From positions 1 through 39,456 of the IMG/VR virus record IMGVR_UViG_3300045988_145861: a DNA stretch of 39,456 bases. One strand, written 5' to 3'. This DNA is from a virus. Shown here piece by piece: positions 5,792-15,600 of this stretch. Positions within the stretch are counted from its first letter, which is position 1, and each line of letters opens with the position of its first letter. Below the pieces are notes generated by a model. That model saw only the letters and a program-made list of their open reading frames with translations, ran no database searches and was not told the origin of the DNA. The translations under genes were made by a program, and so were the position numbers.

Positions 5792-5830
5792 GCCCCCACC
5801 ACCCAATTCGCATGGGTGGTGGGGGCTTTT
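5792..5830. terminator. Bidirectional intrinsic terminator (14-bp stem GCCCCCACCACCCA / TGGGTGGTGGGGGC followed by TTTT)
   Basis: Read directly, between convergent genes 5387..5779 (+) and 5841..6692 (-). Confidence 0.8.
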
Positions 5831-5840
5831 CGGTGGCATG

Positions 5841-6692
5841 CTAGGGGTGGATGTCTGAGGGGCGCGAGCACATGAGGCCGCGCGCTCCCTTAGAGAACGC
5901 CGTCGACGCCTGGCCGATGTTCGTGACGATGTGCGCGATGGTGGGTTTCCCGGTCGACGTCAGCATCGTCCATGCTGACGTCGAAGCGTTCCATTCGAGG
6001 CCGAGGACGTCCCACTCGTCAAATCGGGCGTCCGCGAGCTCGGTCTCGTAGAGCATGCACATTGTCTTGTAGCCGCGTGCCTTGGCGCGGCGCGCGCCGC
6101 CGCCCTTGATAAAGGACTTCCAGATCACTCGCTCCTGCGGTCGACCACCGAAAGCCGCGTCGAGCTTCGTGTACAGGTCAATCTCAGATTGGAGATCGCC
6201 CTCAGATGCGTCGGCTTTCGAGGACGTCGTTTTGTGGTCGACTGCGAGGATGACGTCCTGCGGGATGTTGTCAAGGACTTCATCCAACGTCATGATTGGC
6301 CCAGACGCCTGCTGCAGTGTTTTGAGCGTCGCCCAGGGAGTGTTCCAGATCGCATAATCAGATCCGGGGACAGTGCGCGTCGTCTTCCAGTCGTGCATGA
6401 GCACGTACTCACCGGTGCCGCACCGGCGGACGGAGAGCTCTAGCGCCTTGAACCCAGCACGCAGCGAGGCGTCCAGGCCGCGCCGCGTGAACTCCGGGTA
6501 CTCGTCTCCACCAAGACGGTGGCTGATGTAAAACGGCCGACCCTGGAAGAAACTCGTGACAAGGTCCGTGCTCGTCTCGTCGGTTTCCCCGGGCGCGTAC
6601 AGTCGCTGATCACCACCATCGCGGCGACGCCGATACAAGCGCCCGACAAGATCGCCGCCATCGCGGTGACGTACGTGCAGTTGGTTGCTCAC
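5841..6692 (-). CDS. Glycerophosphodiester phosphodiesterase (GDPD)-like TIM-barrel protein
   Basis: FYISHRLGGDEYPEFTRRGLDASLRAGFKALELSVRRCGTGEYVLMHD resembles the GDPD signature HRG..PENT...E.D....HD. The E.D position reads ELS, so activity is uncertain. Confidence 0.5.
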   Translation of the reverse strand: MSNQLHVRHRDGGDLVGRLYRRRRDGGDQRLYAPGETDETSTDLVTSFFQGRPFYISHRLGGDEYPEFTRRGLDASLRAGFKALELSVRRCGTGEYVLMHDWKTTRTVPGSDYAIWNTPWATLKTLQQASGPIMTLDEVLDNIPQDVILAVDHKTTSSKADASEGDLQSEIDLYTKLDAAFGGRPQERVIWKSFIKGGGARRAKARGYKTMCMLYETELADARFDEWDVLGLEWNASTSAWTMLTSTGKPTIAHIVTNIGQASTAFSKGARGLMCSRPSDIHP

Positions 6693-7750
6693 TTGGGGAT
6701 CACCACCTGTACGCCGCAGCCGTTTGTCCCTTGGACGTTGGGGTAGGTGAAGATCGCCTGGTCAGAGCCAGTGGCAGTGCGCCTGGCGACGACGATGGTC
6801 TCCCACGCGTCGGCGTCCTGCATGGCAGAAACGATCTTCTCCCACCCAGCCGAGACGGTAATCTGCTCGTCTGTCTCGTTCGCGGATGTGCGCTCACACG
6901 CCACCGCGAGCGCCAGGCCTTCCGTTTCGACGACAGGAGCAGTCACCGTCGTCGATTCGACGGGTTCTTCGTTGCGCTTCTTGACAGCGCCGATGACCGG
7001 CTGGCCGCCGCCGCGCACGACGATGGCCGCCCACGATCCGGTCACGGGCTTGGAGGTAATGACCTCCATGGTCTCAGCCCAGCCGCCAGTCATGATGACG
7101 AATCTCATGGTGCCCTGATAGTAGGGCTGTAGGAGAGTGTCCCACCCGGTGGGGGCCGTGAAGCCTGCGTCGCCGCCCTTCGTATTGAGGATGAGGATGA
7201 CGCGGTCGCCTGCCTGGCCGCCCGCCGCGGTCACCGTGATGTGGTCGCCGCTCGCGCGGCCAGCGGCGTGCGCGATCACCGTGGGAGCGGCCACCGGCGC
7301 GGGGCCAGGCGATGGCACCTCAGCGGCGAGGAGGTAGATTTCCCCGTCCGCGAGCGCCTCAGCCTCACCCGCCGAGTGCACGATCTTGATGGATGCGACG
7401 GCGACGGGCAGCCCGTCGCCGTCGACGATCACGGTGCCGCCAGGATGAGGGGTCGGCGTGGGCTGGGATCCGGGGGAGAGGAGCTCTCCGATCTTCATAA
7501 CCTGCCCGTCGACGAGCGTGACCTCGCGTTCAGCGAGGATCGCCGCCGTCGCGGTCGTCACTGTCAGGACGTAACGGCCAGGGGTGAGAGACGTATCGAC
7601 GTTTCCGTCCTGTGCGTCGGCGAGGAGACCGCCCACGACGATATCACCCGACTGCGTTCGCGCGGGGTTGGGCACGGGCGTCGCGTTGAGCGCGACCGAG
7701 ACGGGCTTTCCGGTCGGGCCGGTAACGCGCCCGCGAATTGAGACAGCCAT
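6689..7750 (-). CDS. Hypothetical 353-aa protein: N-terminal beta-sandwich-like region, Pro-rich linkers, unknown C-terminal domain
   Basis: Track ORF with a 4-nt overlap onto the GDPD-like gene. The N-terminus RGRVTGPTGKPV...GRYVLTV resembles carboxypeptidase-regulatory-like folds. Confidence 0.55.
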   Translation of the reverse strand: MAVSIRGRVTGPTGKPVSVALNATPVPNPARTQSGDIVVGGLLADAQDGNVDTSLTPGRYVLTVTTATAAILAEREVTLVDGQVMKIGELLSPGSQPTPTPHPGGTVIVDGDGLPVAVASIKIVHSAGEAEALADGEIYLLAAEVPSPGPAPVAAPTVIAHAAGRASGDHITVTAAGGQAGDRVILILNTKGGDAGFTAPTGWDTLLQPYYQGTMRFVIMTGGWAETMEVITSKPVTGSWAAIVVRGGGQPVIGAVKKRNEEPVESTTVTAPVVETEGLALAVACERTSANETDEQITVSAGWEKIVSAMQDADAWETIVVARRTATGSDQAIFTYPNVQGTNGCGVQVVIPK

Positions 7751-7753
7751 AAT

Positions 7754-8281
7754 CTAGCTTTCTGTGAGGCCGCGACGCAGCAGCTCATGCTCAGCCGCAG
7801 CAGTGGATGCGAGTGTGTCAATCCTTGTCGATAGTGACGCCAGATCGCTGTCCTGCCGGGCGGCGATCTGGCCCAATAGCTGGCCGTGCGCGTCCAAGAG
7901 CTGGCCGTGCGCGTCCAACGCGCTACTGTGGGCGTTGAGAGTCTGCAAGACCGTGGCCTGCGCACTCTCAACTCGGTTTATTGCGTCCTTCATGGACCCG
8001 CCGTGATTAGGCGTGACCTCATGACGCACCTCAGCGACAGCCTCATCGAGGGCGGCGAGGCGGGCGCTGATATCGCCCGCGATAGCCTCGAGCTGCGCCG
8101 ATGTCTCCGCGTGCAGCCGGTCAGCTTTGGCTTTGCCGACCTGCTCGCGAGCCAACTCAGCGTCAGCCTTCGCCTTCTCCCGCCCCCATTTCAGGCCGGT
8201 CGCCACGCTCACGGCGGTGACGAGGCCGCCAGCAAGGCCGCTGACGGCGCTCATCACCGCCACGAACTCAGCAGGGCTCAC
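7754..8281 (-). CDS. Membrane-anchored coiled-coil protein of the lysis cassette (holin accessory or spanin-like)
   Basis: N-terminal TM segment FVAVMSAVSGLAGGLVTAVSVATGL followed by a long Ala/Glu/Leu coiled coil. 4-nt overlap with the holin gene. Confidence 0.5.
   Translation of the reverse strand: MSPAEFVAVMSAVSGLAGGLVTAVSVATGLKWGREKAKADAELAREQVGKAKADRLHAETSAQLEAIAGDISARLAALDEAVAEVRHEVTPNHGGSMKDAINRVESAQATVLQTLNAHSSALDAHGQLLDAHGQLLGQIAARQDSDLASLSTRIDTLASTAAAEHELLRRGLTES
7878..7919. repeat. Tandem 21-bp duplication (AGCTGGCCGTGCGCGTCCAA x2) encoding LDAHGQL LDAHGQL
   Basis: Read directly in the DNA and in the translated protein. Confidence 0.9.
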
Positions 8282-8646
8282 TCAATACGCTCCTCACCGC
8301 CGCCCATCAGATCGTCACGATCCACGCCGCCGGGCGTCACAACGCCCACCCAATCAAGGAGAGACCAGCCGTTGATCTTGACACTGGAAAGCACCTGATA
8401 CACGGACCAGGCTGTGCCGAGGAACACCGACAACTGCGCCGTGAACAGACGCCAAGTCGCCGGGTACACCCCAGCGACCCACACGCCCGCAGTCACCACC
8501 AGCGCGACGACGACAAGCAGGCCAACGCGGCGCTCGCGGGTCCACCACGGGCGGTCCAGCGCCGCCTGGACAAGCGGCCAGACGAGGCCGCAGAGGACCG
8601 TCATAACGAAGGGATCCTGGTGGAGACTGAGAAGCAGATCGTTCAT
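8278..8646 (-). CDS. Holin (three predicted TM helices)
   Basis: Hydrophobic segments FVMTVLCGLVWPLVQAAL, VGLLVVVALVVTAGVWVAGVY and LFTAQLSVFLGTAWSVYQVL, with a charged C-terminus. Immediately downstream of the endolysin. Confidence 0.7.
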   Translation of the reverse strand: MNDLLLSLHQDPFVMTVLCGLVWPLVQAALDRPWWTRERRVGLLVVVALVVTAGVWVAGVYPATWRLFTAQLSVFLGTAWSVYQVLSSVKINGWSLLDWVGVVTPGGVDRDDLMGGGEERIE

Positions 8647-9431
8647 CAGGCACCTGCCTTGAGTGCGGCGGCGATATCGTCGGCGAGGAGCTTGCGGCGG
8701 GCGGCGGCGTCAGCGGCGATAGACGCGATGTCTCCGTCGTCGAGGCTGACGGTGTAAGAGTCCTCGAGGGCGTACGCCTTGACCATGTCCGTCCACGTCT
8801 TGGCCGACTTCATGGAGGTGACTGCCAGGGGGGTGACTGCGTAGATGGTGCCGGTCTGTCGGCTTCGGATGAACTGCATATTCTCTTCTCCCTTGTGTTC
8901 GGGTTCTGTGGTCGTTTCGGAGCCGTTGACGAGGGCCATGTAGTATGCCCACGGGAACGAAACGCCTGGGTCGGTGTGATCGGACTTCTTGTAGACGCGA
9001 GACACCTGGTCGTGTCCCACGAACCCAGATGCGCCGTTTGCGAGCTCGTCATCGCTGAGGTGACGGAGCGGGATGCCGAGCTGCTGTGCGATCTGCCTGG
9101 TGTGGGCGGCGGAAAGCTTGAGCATGCTGATGCTCGCAGTGTCTCCCCATTCCTCGGGGGACTGCCGTGCGTACCCGGCATGCTCTACTTGATAGCCGTC
9201 CGCGTTGCAGCCGGGGGCTGCGAAAGCGACGGCGGACGGGGGGAGACATACGACGACAGAGTCCTCATCCACGCACGCGTGTGCGGATGCGACGACGCTG
9301 CCGCTAGCGAAGTAGCGGGCGACGTTCTCCGCTGTCTGAGACCCCTCTGGGGCCTCCATTGTGTGGAGAACAACCACCCTGCAGGGCACTTCACGTTGCT
9401 CGTAGTAATGAGCCGGGGTAAATTCGCTCAC
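8646..9431 (-). CDS. Endolysin, N-acetylmuramoyl-L-alanine amidase (amidase_2/PGRP type) with a C-terminal binding domain
   Basis: VVLHTMEAPEGSQTAENVARYF...SAHACVD...VEHAGY...GHDQVSRVYKKSDHTDPG..FPW pattern. Confidence 0.85.
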   Translation of the reverse strand: MSEFTPAHYYEQREVPCRVVVLHTMEAPEGSQTAENVARYFASGSVVASAHACVDEDSVVVCLPPSAVAFAAPGCNADGYQVEHAGYARQSPEEWGDTASISMLKLSAAHTRQIAQQLGIPLRHLSDDELANGASGFVGHDQVSRVYKKSDHTDPGVSFPWAYYMALVNGSETTTEPEHKGEENMQFIRSRQTGTIYAVTPLAVTSMKSAKTWTDMVKAYALEDSYTVSLDDGDIASIAADAAARRKLLADDIAAALKAGA

Positions 9432-9449
9432 GCTTTTCCTTTCTGTTTG

Positions 9450-10040
9450 TCACCACGGGATGTAGCAGGCAGACACTGGCACGATCCACCCGTTTCCGAG
9501 ACGAACGGTCGTGTATCTCTTGATTCCAAGCCTGCCGTTCGTCTGTACGCGGAGTTCCGCGTAGGTAGACTCGAAGTCGGCGCCGTTCGCGGTGACTGAC
9601 GCGCCGATAAACTGCTCAGACGATGGTCTGAACTGGTAGGGGATTGTCAGGATGTTGTCCTGATCCCCCCCATTCGATACGACGGCGCCGGAGAGCTGTA
9701 CGACTCCTCCGCGCATGCAGATCGTTGGGGTGTGGCCGCCAGCCACCGCCCATCCTGACGACACCGGCAGGGTCTGCCAGGGCAGGTTTCTGCCTGACAC
9801 GTCGGCCCACCCGCGCCCGTTACAGGCGGTCAGGCATCCGAGGTCGGTCCTATAGACAAATACCGGGCTGGACTCGGAGACAACTGTGCCTGCGGCTTTC
9901 GCCGCTTTGACAATTGCATCCGCAGATTCCTGATTGTGGCACGTCGTGATGTTGTTGATGGAGTCCGCCGTGACCGGCCAGGAGGCCAGATAATCGTCCG
10001 ACGGACCTGGGATCTGTACGCCGTTCCAGCGTTTCTGCAT
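9450..10040 (-). CDS. Minor tail protein, receptor-binding candidate (196 aa, Cys-rich)
   Basis: Last gene of the tail module before lysis. Called by position only. Confidence 0.5.
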   Translation of the reverse strand: MQKRWNGVQIPGPSDDYLASWPVTADSINNITTCHNQESADAIVKAAKAAGTVVSESSPVFVYRTDLGCLTACNGRGWADVSGRNLPWQTLPVSSGWAVAGGHTPTICMRGGVVQLSGAVVSNGGDQDNILTIPYQFRPSSEQFIGASVTANGADFESTYAELRVQTNGRLGIKRYTTVRLGNGWIVPVSACYIPW

Positions 10041-10048
10041 GCTTCTTC

Positions 10049-10858
10049 CTATCGATTAGAGGTGGCGACTAGGGCTGCACTGATGGCCCACCCCCACACG
10101 CCCACCGTGGAGGATTGGCCGTTTCTCACGAGGATGCTGATCGTGTCGCCGAGGCCGAGACGCACGATCCCGTACGCAGTCGGCGTTGCATACTGACGCT
10201 CAGGCGCGTATGCGTCAGCGCGCGGGTGCGTGTCCCACACGCTCGACGGCGCGGCAGCTCCTGAGCGATGCACGCTCACCCCGCAGGTGATCGGGCCGTC
10301 CCAGCCCGTCGACCACGCGTGGACGCGCGCGCTCACCGCATACAGGCCCGGAGCCTCGACAGCGACCTCGTACGCTTTGGCCGTCCCGTCTTGCGTGAAG
10401 CCACTGCACGCGGCGAGCTCGCCGCCCTCGAAGAGCGGGAGCCGCGCCCAGTACGTGGGCGGCACGTCGTACCCGGCGGACCGGATACCCGAGTCCCAGC
10501 CGAGCACAGGCGCACTCGTATCAACGAGCGCGTTGTATTTGCCCGTGAGATCCTGCAGAGCCCTGCCGGTCTCACCGACCGCGACGGTCGGCGTCCCGCG
10601 CGGCGCGCGCACAGCAGGAGCGTGCGCCATGGTCGCCGCCCCATCAGACCCACGCGAGACCCGAACGCGCGCTCCAATGTAGGTAAGGCCAGCAGCAGAC
10701 TGTGTGATCACAGTCTGCCCATCAGGCGAACCGTCGAGGTGTACCTCGACGAGGCCGTTAGCCTCGTCGTAGATCGAGGTGACCGTTCCCGCCATGACGT
10801 CCATGGCCGTTGCCCGCCGTGGAGGTGAAACGTCGAGCCACGAGGATAGAGCATCCAT
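10049..10858 (-). CDS. Minor tail protein (269 aa)
   Basis: Track ORF within the distal tail module. Called by position only. Confidence 0.5.
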   Translation of the reverse strand: MDALSSWLDVSPPRRATAMDVMAGTVTSIYDEANGLVEVHLDGSPDGQTVITQSAAGLTYIGARVRVSRGSDGAATMAHAPAVRAPRGTPTVAVGETGRALQDLTGKYNALVDTSAPVLGWDSGIRSAGYDVPPTYWARLPLFEGGELAACSGFTQDGTAKAYEVAVEAPGLYAVSARVHAWSTGWDGPITCGVSVHRSGAAAPSSVWDTHPRADAYAPERQYATPTAYGIVRLGLGDTISILVRNGQSSTVGVWGWAISAALVATSNR

Positions 10859-10863
10859 TACGC

Positions 10864-11958
10864 TTACCTGCCGTCCTGGATTTCGATGTCGACGCGCATG
10901 ACCTGCGCCGGGTCATCGAGGGTCATGGAGTAGCCCGTCACCCGGCCTCGCAGGGCCTCGCTGCTGTTCAGGTGGGTGACGCGCACGTCGACAACGTCAC
11001 CGAGCTCTAGGCGCGGATCCGTGACAATCTGCAGGGCGCGCGCCTCCGACGCCGCGAGCGAGGCCGCCATGTACGTTTCAGCCGCCTCACGGATCTGATC
11101 CTCAGACTCCGCGATATCCATTGTGTTACTGGATGTCACGACACCGTACGTATCCGCCCGATACCTGGGATCGGTCCAATTGCTGACGACCACCGCCCAC
11201 TTGATCTCTTCCTTTTCCCCGCCTTCGTCGCGCTCAGACCCGTCGGTCTTGGGGGATCCAGTGACCATCCAGCGGTTGGGCTGGCGCGCGCGGCTGCGGC
11301 GGTTAGCGGAGATCAGCAGATCGCGGCCTGTGTAGGTCGCGACCGCCGCATCCGTAGGCGTCGGCGGCGTGACGTGGAGAATCCCGTCGGGGGTGACGCG
11401 GTAGACCATCCCGAAGGCCTCAACGAGTTTTTGGATAGCGTCGAGACGCCCGGTGCCCCACTCGAAAAGACGATGGATGCTGAAATTACGGGCGACAGCG
11501 GTCTGGACACCTCCGTCGCTCGGCTCGCCCGCGAGTCGCTGCACCTCAGACGCGAGAGTGGCCCCCTCGGGTGGGGACGACGGCCAAAGCATCTCGTTTT
11601 TTTCGAGGCGCTGCGTCAAATCCAACGCCTCGACGGCCACGTGGCCGTCATCAGACTCTTCCCAGCTCTCGATCTGGTAGACGCCCACCTGGACGTCCCA
11701 CTCGCCGCGGGGCGACGCGATGCGCGCCGCAATGTGGACGCGCTGGCCGAAGCACGCCAACGGATCGTCCCACGAGGCTGGCACGTACTCATGTGGCGCT
11801 GAAAACGTCACGCGCGTCTGCACCGCGCGATCAGCGGACGCCTCAATCTGTACGTCCCACGCGGGGACGATGACTGACGATCCCCTGAACTCTGCCGTAA
11901 CCACTGGCGTGATGGTGACTGACCCCGCCAGTACTGGCACATCGGGTCCGGGCCTCAC
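10864..11958 (-). CDS. Minor tail protein in the Tal / baseplate-hub position (364 aa)
   Basis: The GTG at 11958 overlaps the upstream stop (GTGA). Second gene after the tape measure. The track ORF is extended to 12114. Confidence 0.55.
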   Translation of the reverse strand: MRPGPDVPVLAGSVTITPVVTAEFRGSSVIVPAWDVQIEASADRAVQTRVTFSAPHEYVPASWDDPLACFGQRVHIAARIASPRGEWDVQVGVYQIESWEESDDGHVAVEALDLTQRLEKNEMLWPSSPPEGATLASEVQRLAGEPSDGGVQTAVARNFSIHRLFEWGTGRLDAIQKLVEAFGMVYRVTPDGILHVTPPTPTDAAVATYTGRDLLISANRRSRARQPNRWMVTGSPKTDGSERDEGGEKEEIKWAVVVSNWTDPRYRADTYGVVTSSNTMDIAESEDQIREAAETYMAASLAASEARALQIVTDPRLELGDVVDVRVTHLNSSEALRGRVTGYSMTLDDPAQVMRVDIEIQDGR

Positions 11959-12677
11959 AGCGGGAGTCCTGCCATCCACTGTGCGGCCTGTAGGTATGTC
12001 ATGTGTCGCCACTTCCCGTACCGCGCTTGCACGGCGCCCCATGTGATCAGCGAGCCGCCGCCCGCCGCTGTTGCGGCCTCCTCCATGTTGGAGGGCTTGT
12101 AATCGAGCGCCCACTCGCGGCGGACTCGATCACGGCGGCCCGTGCGCTTCGACGAGGCGCTGGTGACTGTCACGCACCTGACCTCGGGCACGTCGCAGTC
12201 ACGCAGGCCGCACGCAGCGTGTGAGTGCAGCGACACGAGGGGCTGCCTCATGTCAAGCAGCTTTTCGACCAAAGCGGATTCCCCAGCGTATGCGAGGAAT
12301 TCAAGCCGCCCAGTGGGCTCTGCCGAGACGGTCGCGTATCGCGCGATGGCCGTGCGACGGTCCTGCAGGTCGAACGTTGCGACGCGCGTGTCATACGCGC
12401 GCTCGTCGTCGCCGACCCATGAGACTGCGGCGGTTACGCGCCCGTCAAGCGACGCCAGAGCGTGCGGTGGGCCGACGCGACGCAGGCCATAACGCAGGCT
12501 CCCGACGGAGTACTCGGTCTCCACACCGGGGGCCGCGAACATGTCGCTGAACACCTGTGGAGTCCCAGGCGGGTTCACGAGACGCGCACCCGCGTAGACC
12601 CGAGCACCGAGGTCTTTCCCATCCAGGAAAAACGACGGCAACCCGGTCTCTTTAGAGACCCACGCTTTAATCGTCAC
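11955..12677 (-). CDS. Distal tail protein (Dit) position (240 aa)
   Basis: The GTG at 12677 overlaps the tape-measure stop (GTGA). The N-terminal 148 aa of track ORF 11955..13121 are Arg-rich and overlap the tape-measure gene. Confidence 0.55.
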   Translation of the reverse strand: MTIKAWVSKETGLPSFFLDGKDLGARVYAGARLVNPPGTPQVFSDMFAAPGVETEYSVGSLRYGLRRVGPPHALASLDGRVTAAVSWVGDDERAYDTRVATFDLQDRRTAIARYATVSAEPTGRLEFLAYAGESALVEKLLDMRQPLVSLHSHAACGLRDCDVPEVRCVTVTSASSKRTGRRDRVRREWALDYKPSNMEEAATAAGGGSLITWGAVQARYGKWRHMTYLQAAQWMAGLPL

Positions 12678-15600
12678 TGTACGCTCCTCACGACCTTGAC
12701 TGCTTCTGTTCGGGCGAATGCCCGAGTCTCCTCGCCCGTCCAGGGGTTGGTGACAAGTGCGGTCACGTGAATTGACGCGCCAGAGAGGCCCGTGCCCGAG
12801 CCGCCGGGGACACCGCCTGTCGCGTACGGTGACGCTGCACCTGGGATGTACGTTCCACCGAAGATGTCGGCGATCTGCGCGAGGATCGCCTCGCTGCGCT
12901 TGCGCTTGGCCTTGGCGAGGGGAATGTAGCCCTCGCCCCCGGTTTCGGGTTCGGCCCACACGCGCCAGGCCCCTGCGGGGGCGATCTGCGCGACGTGCTG
13001 CTCGCGGTGGAAACCCCCACCAGCGTAGAAGGACAGGACAGACCCGTCGGCCTGCGCAGACGGCCCGCCGCTCTGGGTGTACGACCCGACGACGTTCACA
13101 TACCAGGTTTGCCCATCCCATGTCGCCTTGATGTTGTTCATGACGCTGCTGACGTAATCATTTGCATTGATATTGACGTATGGGTTGTACCCGTCGATCT
13201 CTGCCTTGATTGCATCAAGCTTGGCATTGGCCTCTTCATTGTTTCCGTCGATAGTGACGGTGCCCGTGGCCGCGTCGACCTCGCCAACAGCAGCGACAAG
13301 CTGCGCAATCGCTGGGTCCTTATTGGCGTCAATATCAATGGTCCCGTCCTGATTCTGCGCATATCCCAACGTTTCTAGAATCGTCGTGATAGCCGAATCA
13401 TTAACAGCATTGATAGTGATCGTGCCACCATTCTGAGCCTGCACATAGGCGATAAACGCATCAACAGACGCATTTGCTGCCTCTGTCTCAGCGGTCACGT
13501 GAGACTCAATGTTGGTGGGGATCAAATTCAGTTGATCCGCGAGCGCGGCGGCCTCGTCAGATGACAATCCCATTGATTGCGCGACACTGATAAAGTTGTC
13601 ACGCGTCAATTGCATTGCAGCTTGCATGTCCTCCATGGTTGAGCCGTTCTTTTCCATGGATTCGACGAGTTTCCAGCCGGATTGTGCGAGGTCGTCGAGG
13701 GCGGCTTGGTTGGCGCGGCCGGCGGCGGTGGTGATGTCGAGGGTTTGGCCGTTTTTTTCGGCTGCGGCGTTTGCGGAGTCGATGGCGTCGTAGAGGTCTC
13801 GCCAGGATCCGCGCTCTCCCAGGATGATGTCTTGCAGCGTTTTCTGCGCGTCGATCAGGTCGTGGGTGGCTTTGGCCTGGTCCTCCATGGCCTTGGCTGC
13901 TTTGTTCGCGGCGCCCGCGAGCTGGTCTTGGGCGCTGCTGTTCTTGACGCCAGCTTCGGCGGCGAGGTCGTTTTGTTCCTTCGCCTTGGTGAGAGCTTCG
14001 CTCTCACTGTTGAGGGACTCTTTAACCTGGTTCGACAGTTCCAGGTATTCTTTCGTCTTTGCCGGGCTGGTCTTTGCTGCGTCGTGCGCAGCGGTTAGGG
14101 TGCGGTTAACGCGTTCCATTGCGTCGGATGAGCCTGCGGCGGCGTCTACCAGGTCGTTGATGTCGCCGCCGAGCTGTTTGTAGGCGTCGGCTGCGGACTT
14201 CGCGCGCTTTGAGTCAAAGAGCCGCCAGAATCCGCTGTCGTCCTCGGACAGGTTGCGTAGGGCGATAGCGCGCGTGGATTCAGTCGCGGCGCCCGTGACG
14301 CTGTTCAGGCTTTCCGCGTATTCCTTCGCGGCGGCGGACGCGCGCGCTTGCTGCGCCTGGTAGTCGCCTAGGACGGCGGTCAGGCCGACCACGGCGGCGG
14401 TCGCGGCCAGGCCCCACGGGCCGCCGAACGCGCCCAGGAGTGCTGATCCTGCGCCCTTGGCGGCGTTGCCGATCCCCGCTAGGGCGGGTGTTGCGGCCTG
14501 TGACAGGGCGCGAACGTTGGACACGCCGTTCGCGCGTGCGGTGACCCAGGCGTTGCCGAACCCGCCGATAGCGGCGCGGGTCTCCGTGAGGCCGCCGCGC
14601 ATCCCGCTGAATCCGTCCATGATCCGGGTCAGGAATGGGATGGCGCCGTTCAGGGATTGCATGGCGGTACGAATGTCCATCACCATGGTAAACAGCTTCA
14701 TGCCTCCGCCTGCGGCGAGGGCGGCGGCGGATGTGAAGGCCGCGAGGCCAAGCGCGCCTTGCTGCACAGGTGCGGGGAGGGCACTGAAGGCGTTGACGGC
14801 CTGCTCCGCGCCCTGCACGATGCTGCGTAGGAAGCTGTTAGCGCCGCTGCCGCTCTTGATGAACAGGGTCTCGAATGAGCCACCGAGCTTCTCGATGTCG
14901 CCTTTGAGGTTGTCCATGCGAGCCTCGGCGGTCTCCGCCGCGTACCCGGCGTCGTTGACCTTGTCGATCCAGGATTGGATGCCCTCTGCACCCTGCTCGT
15001 ACAGGATCGATGCGGCGCGGATCGCGTCCTGGCCGAACATCTTTTTGAGGGCCGCCTGGCGATCCTCGGCGGTCAGCTTCGACAGGCTGTCGTGGAGCTG
15101 GCCCGCGTAGGCGGCGAGGCCGACGAACTGGCCCTGCGCATCGTATGCATGGATGCCGAGCTCTTCCATGTACTTTGCGGCCTGCTTCGACTGGGGCGTC
15201 ATGTTGAGCAACATGGTCTTGAAGGACGTGCCGGCGTCGGAGCCAAGGAGGCCGGCGGCGGCGAAAGACGCGAGCGCGCCGGTGGTTTCCTCGATGCTCA
15301 GGCCCGTCTGGGAAGCGACGAGGCCTGCTTGTTTGAGGGCCATACCGAGGTCAGACACGTCGCCCATAGCCTTGCCTGCGCCTGCTGCGAGGAGGTCGGC
15401 GACGTGGCCGACGTCCGAGCCACTGAGCTTGAACTGCGTCAGGGCCACTGATGCGATGCCGGCCGCGTCAGCGACACCCAGGCCGCCCGCGGCGGCCAGG
15501 TCGAGCGATCCCTTTAGGCCGCCGTTGAGGATGTCGGCGGTCGAGACACCGGCCTTAGCGAGCTCCTCGATTGCCCCGGCGGCTTCGGACGCACTGAACG

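Noticed and set aside
11955-13121. Long N-terminal extensions of minus-strand track ORFs: 11955..13121, 10864..12114, 28996..29796, 31488..32354, 26567..27274, 25955..26521, 27111..27671, 32716..33168, 32991..33527, 35500..36732, 495..1223 and 18542..19039.
   Set aside because: The extensions overlap the upstream gene and are Arg/Pro-rich. In every case an internal ATG or GTG overlaps the upstream stop codon (ATGA/GTGA) or follows a good Shine-Dalgarno, so I trimmed to those starts.
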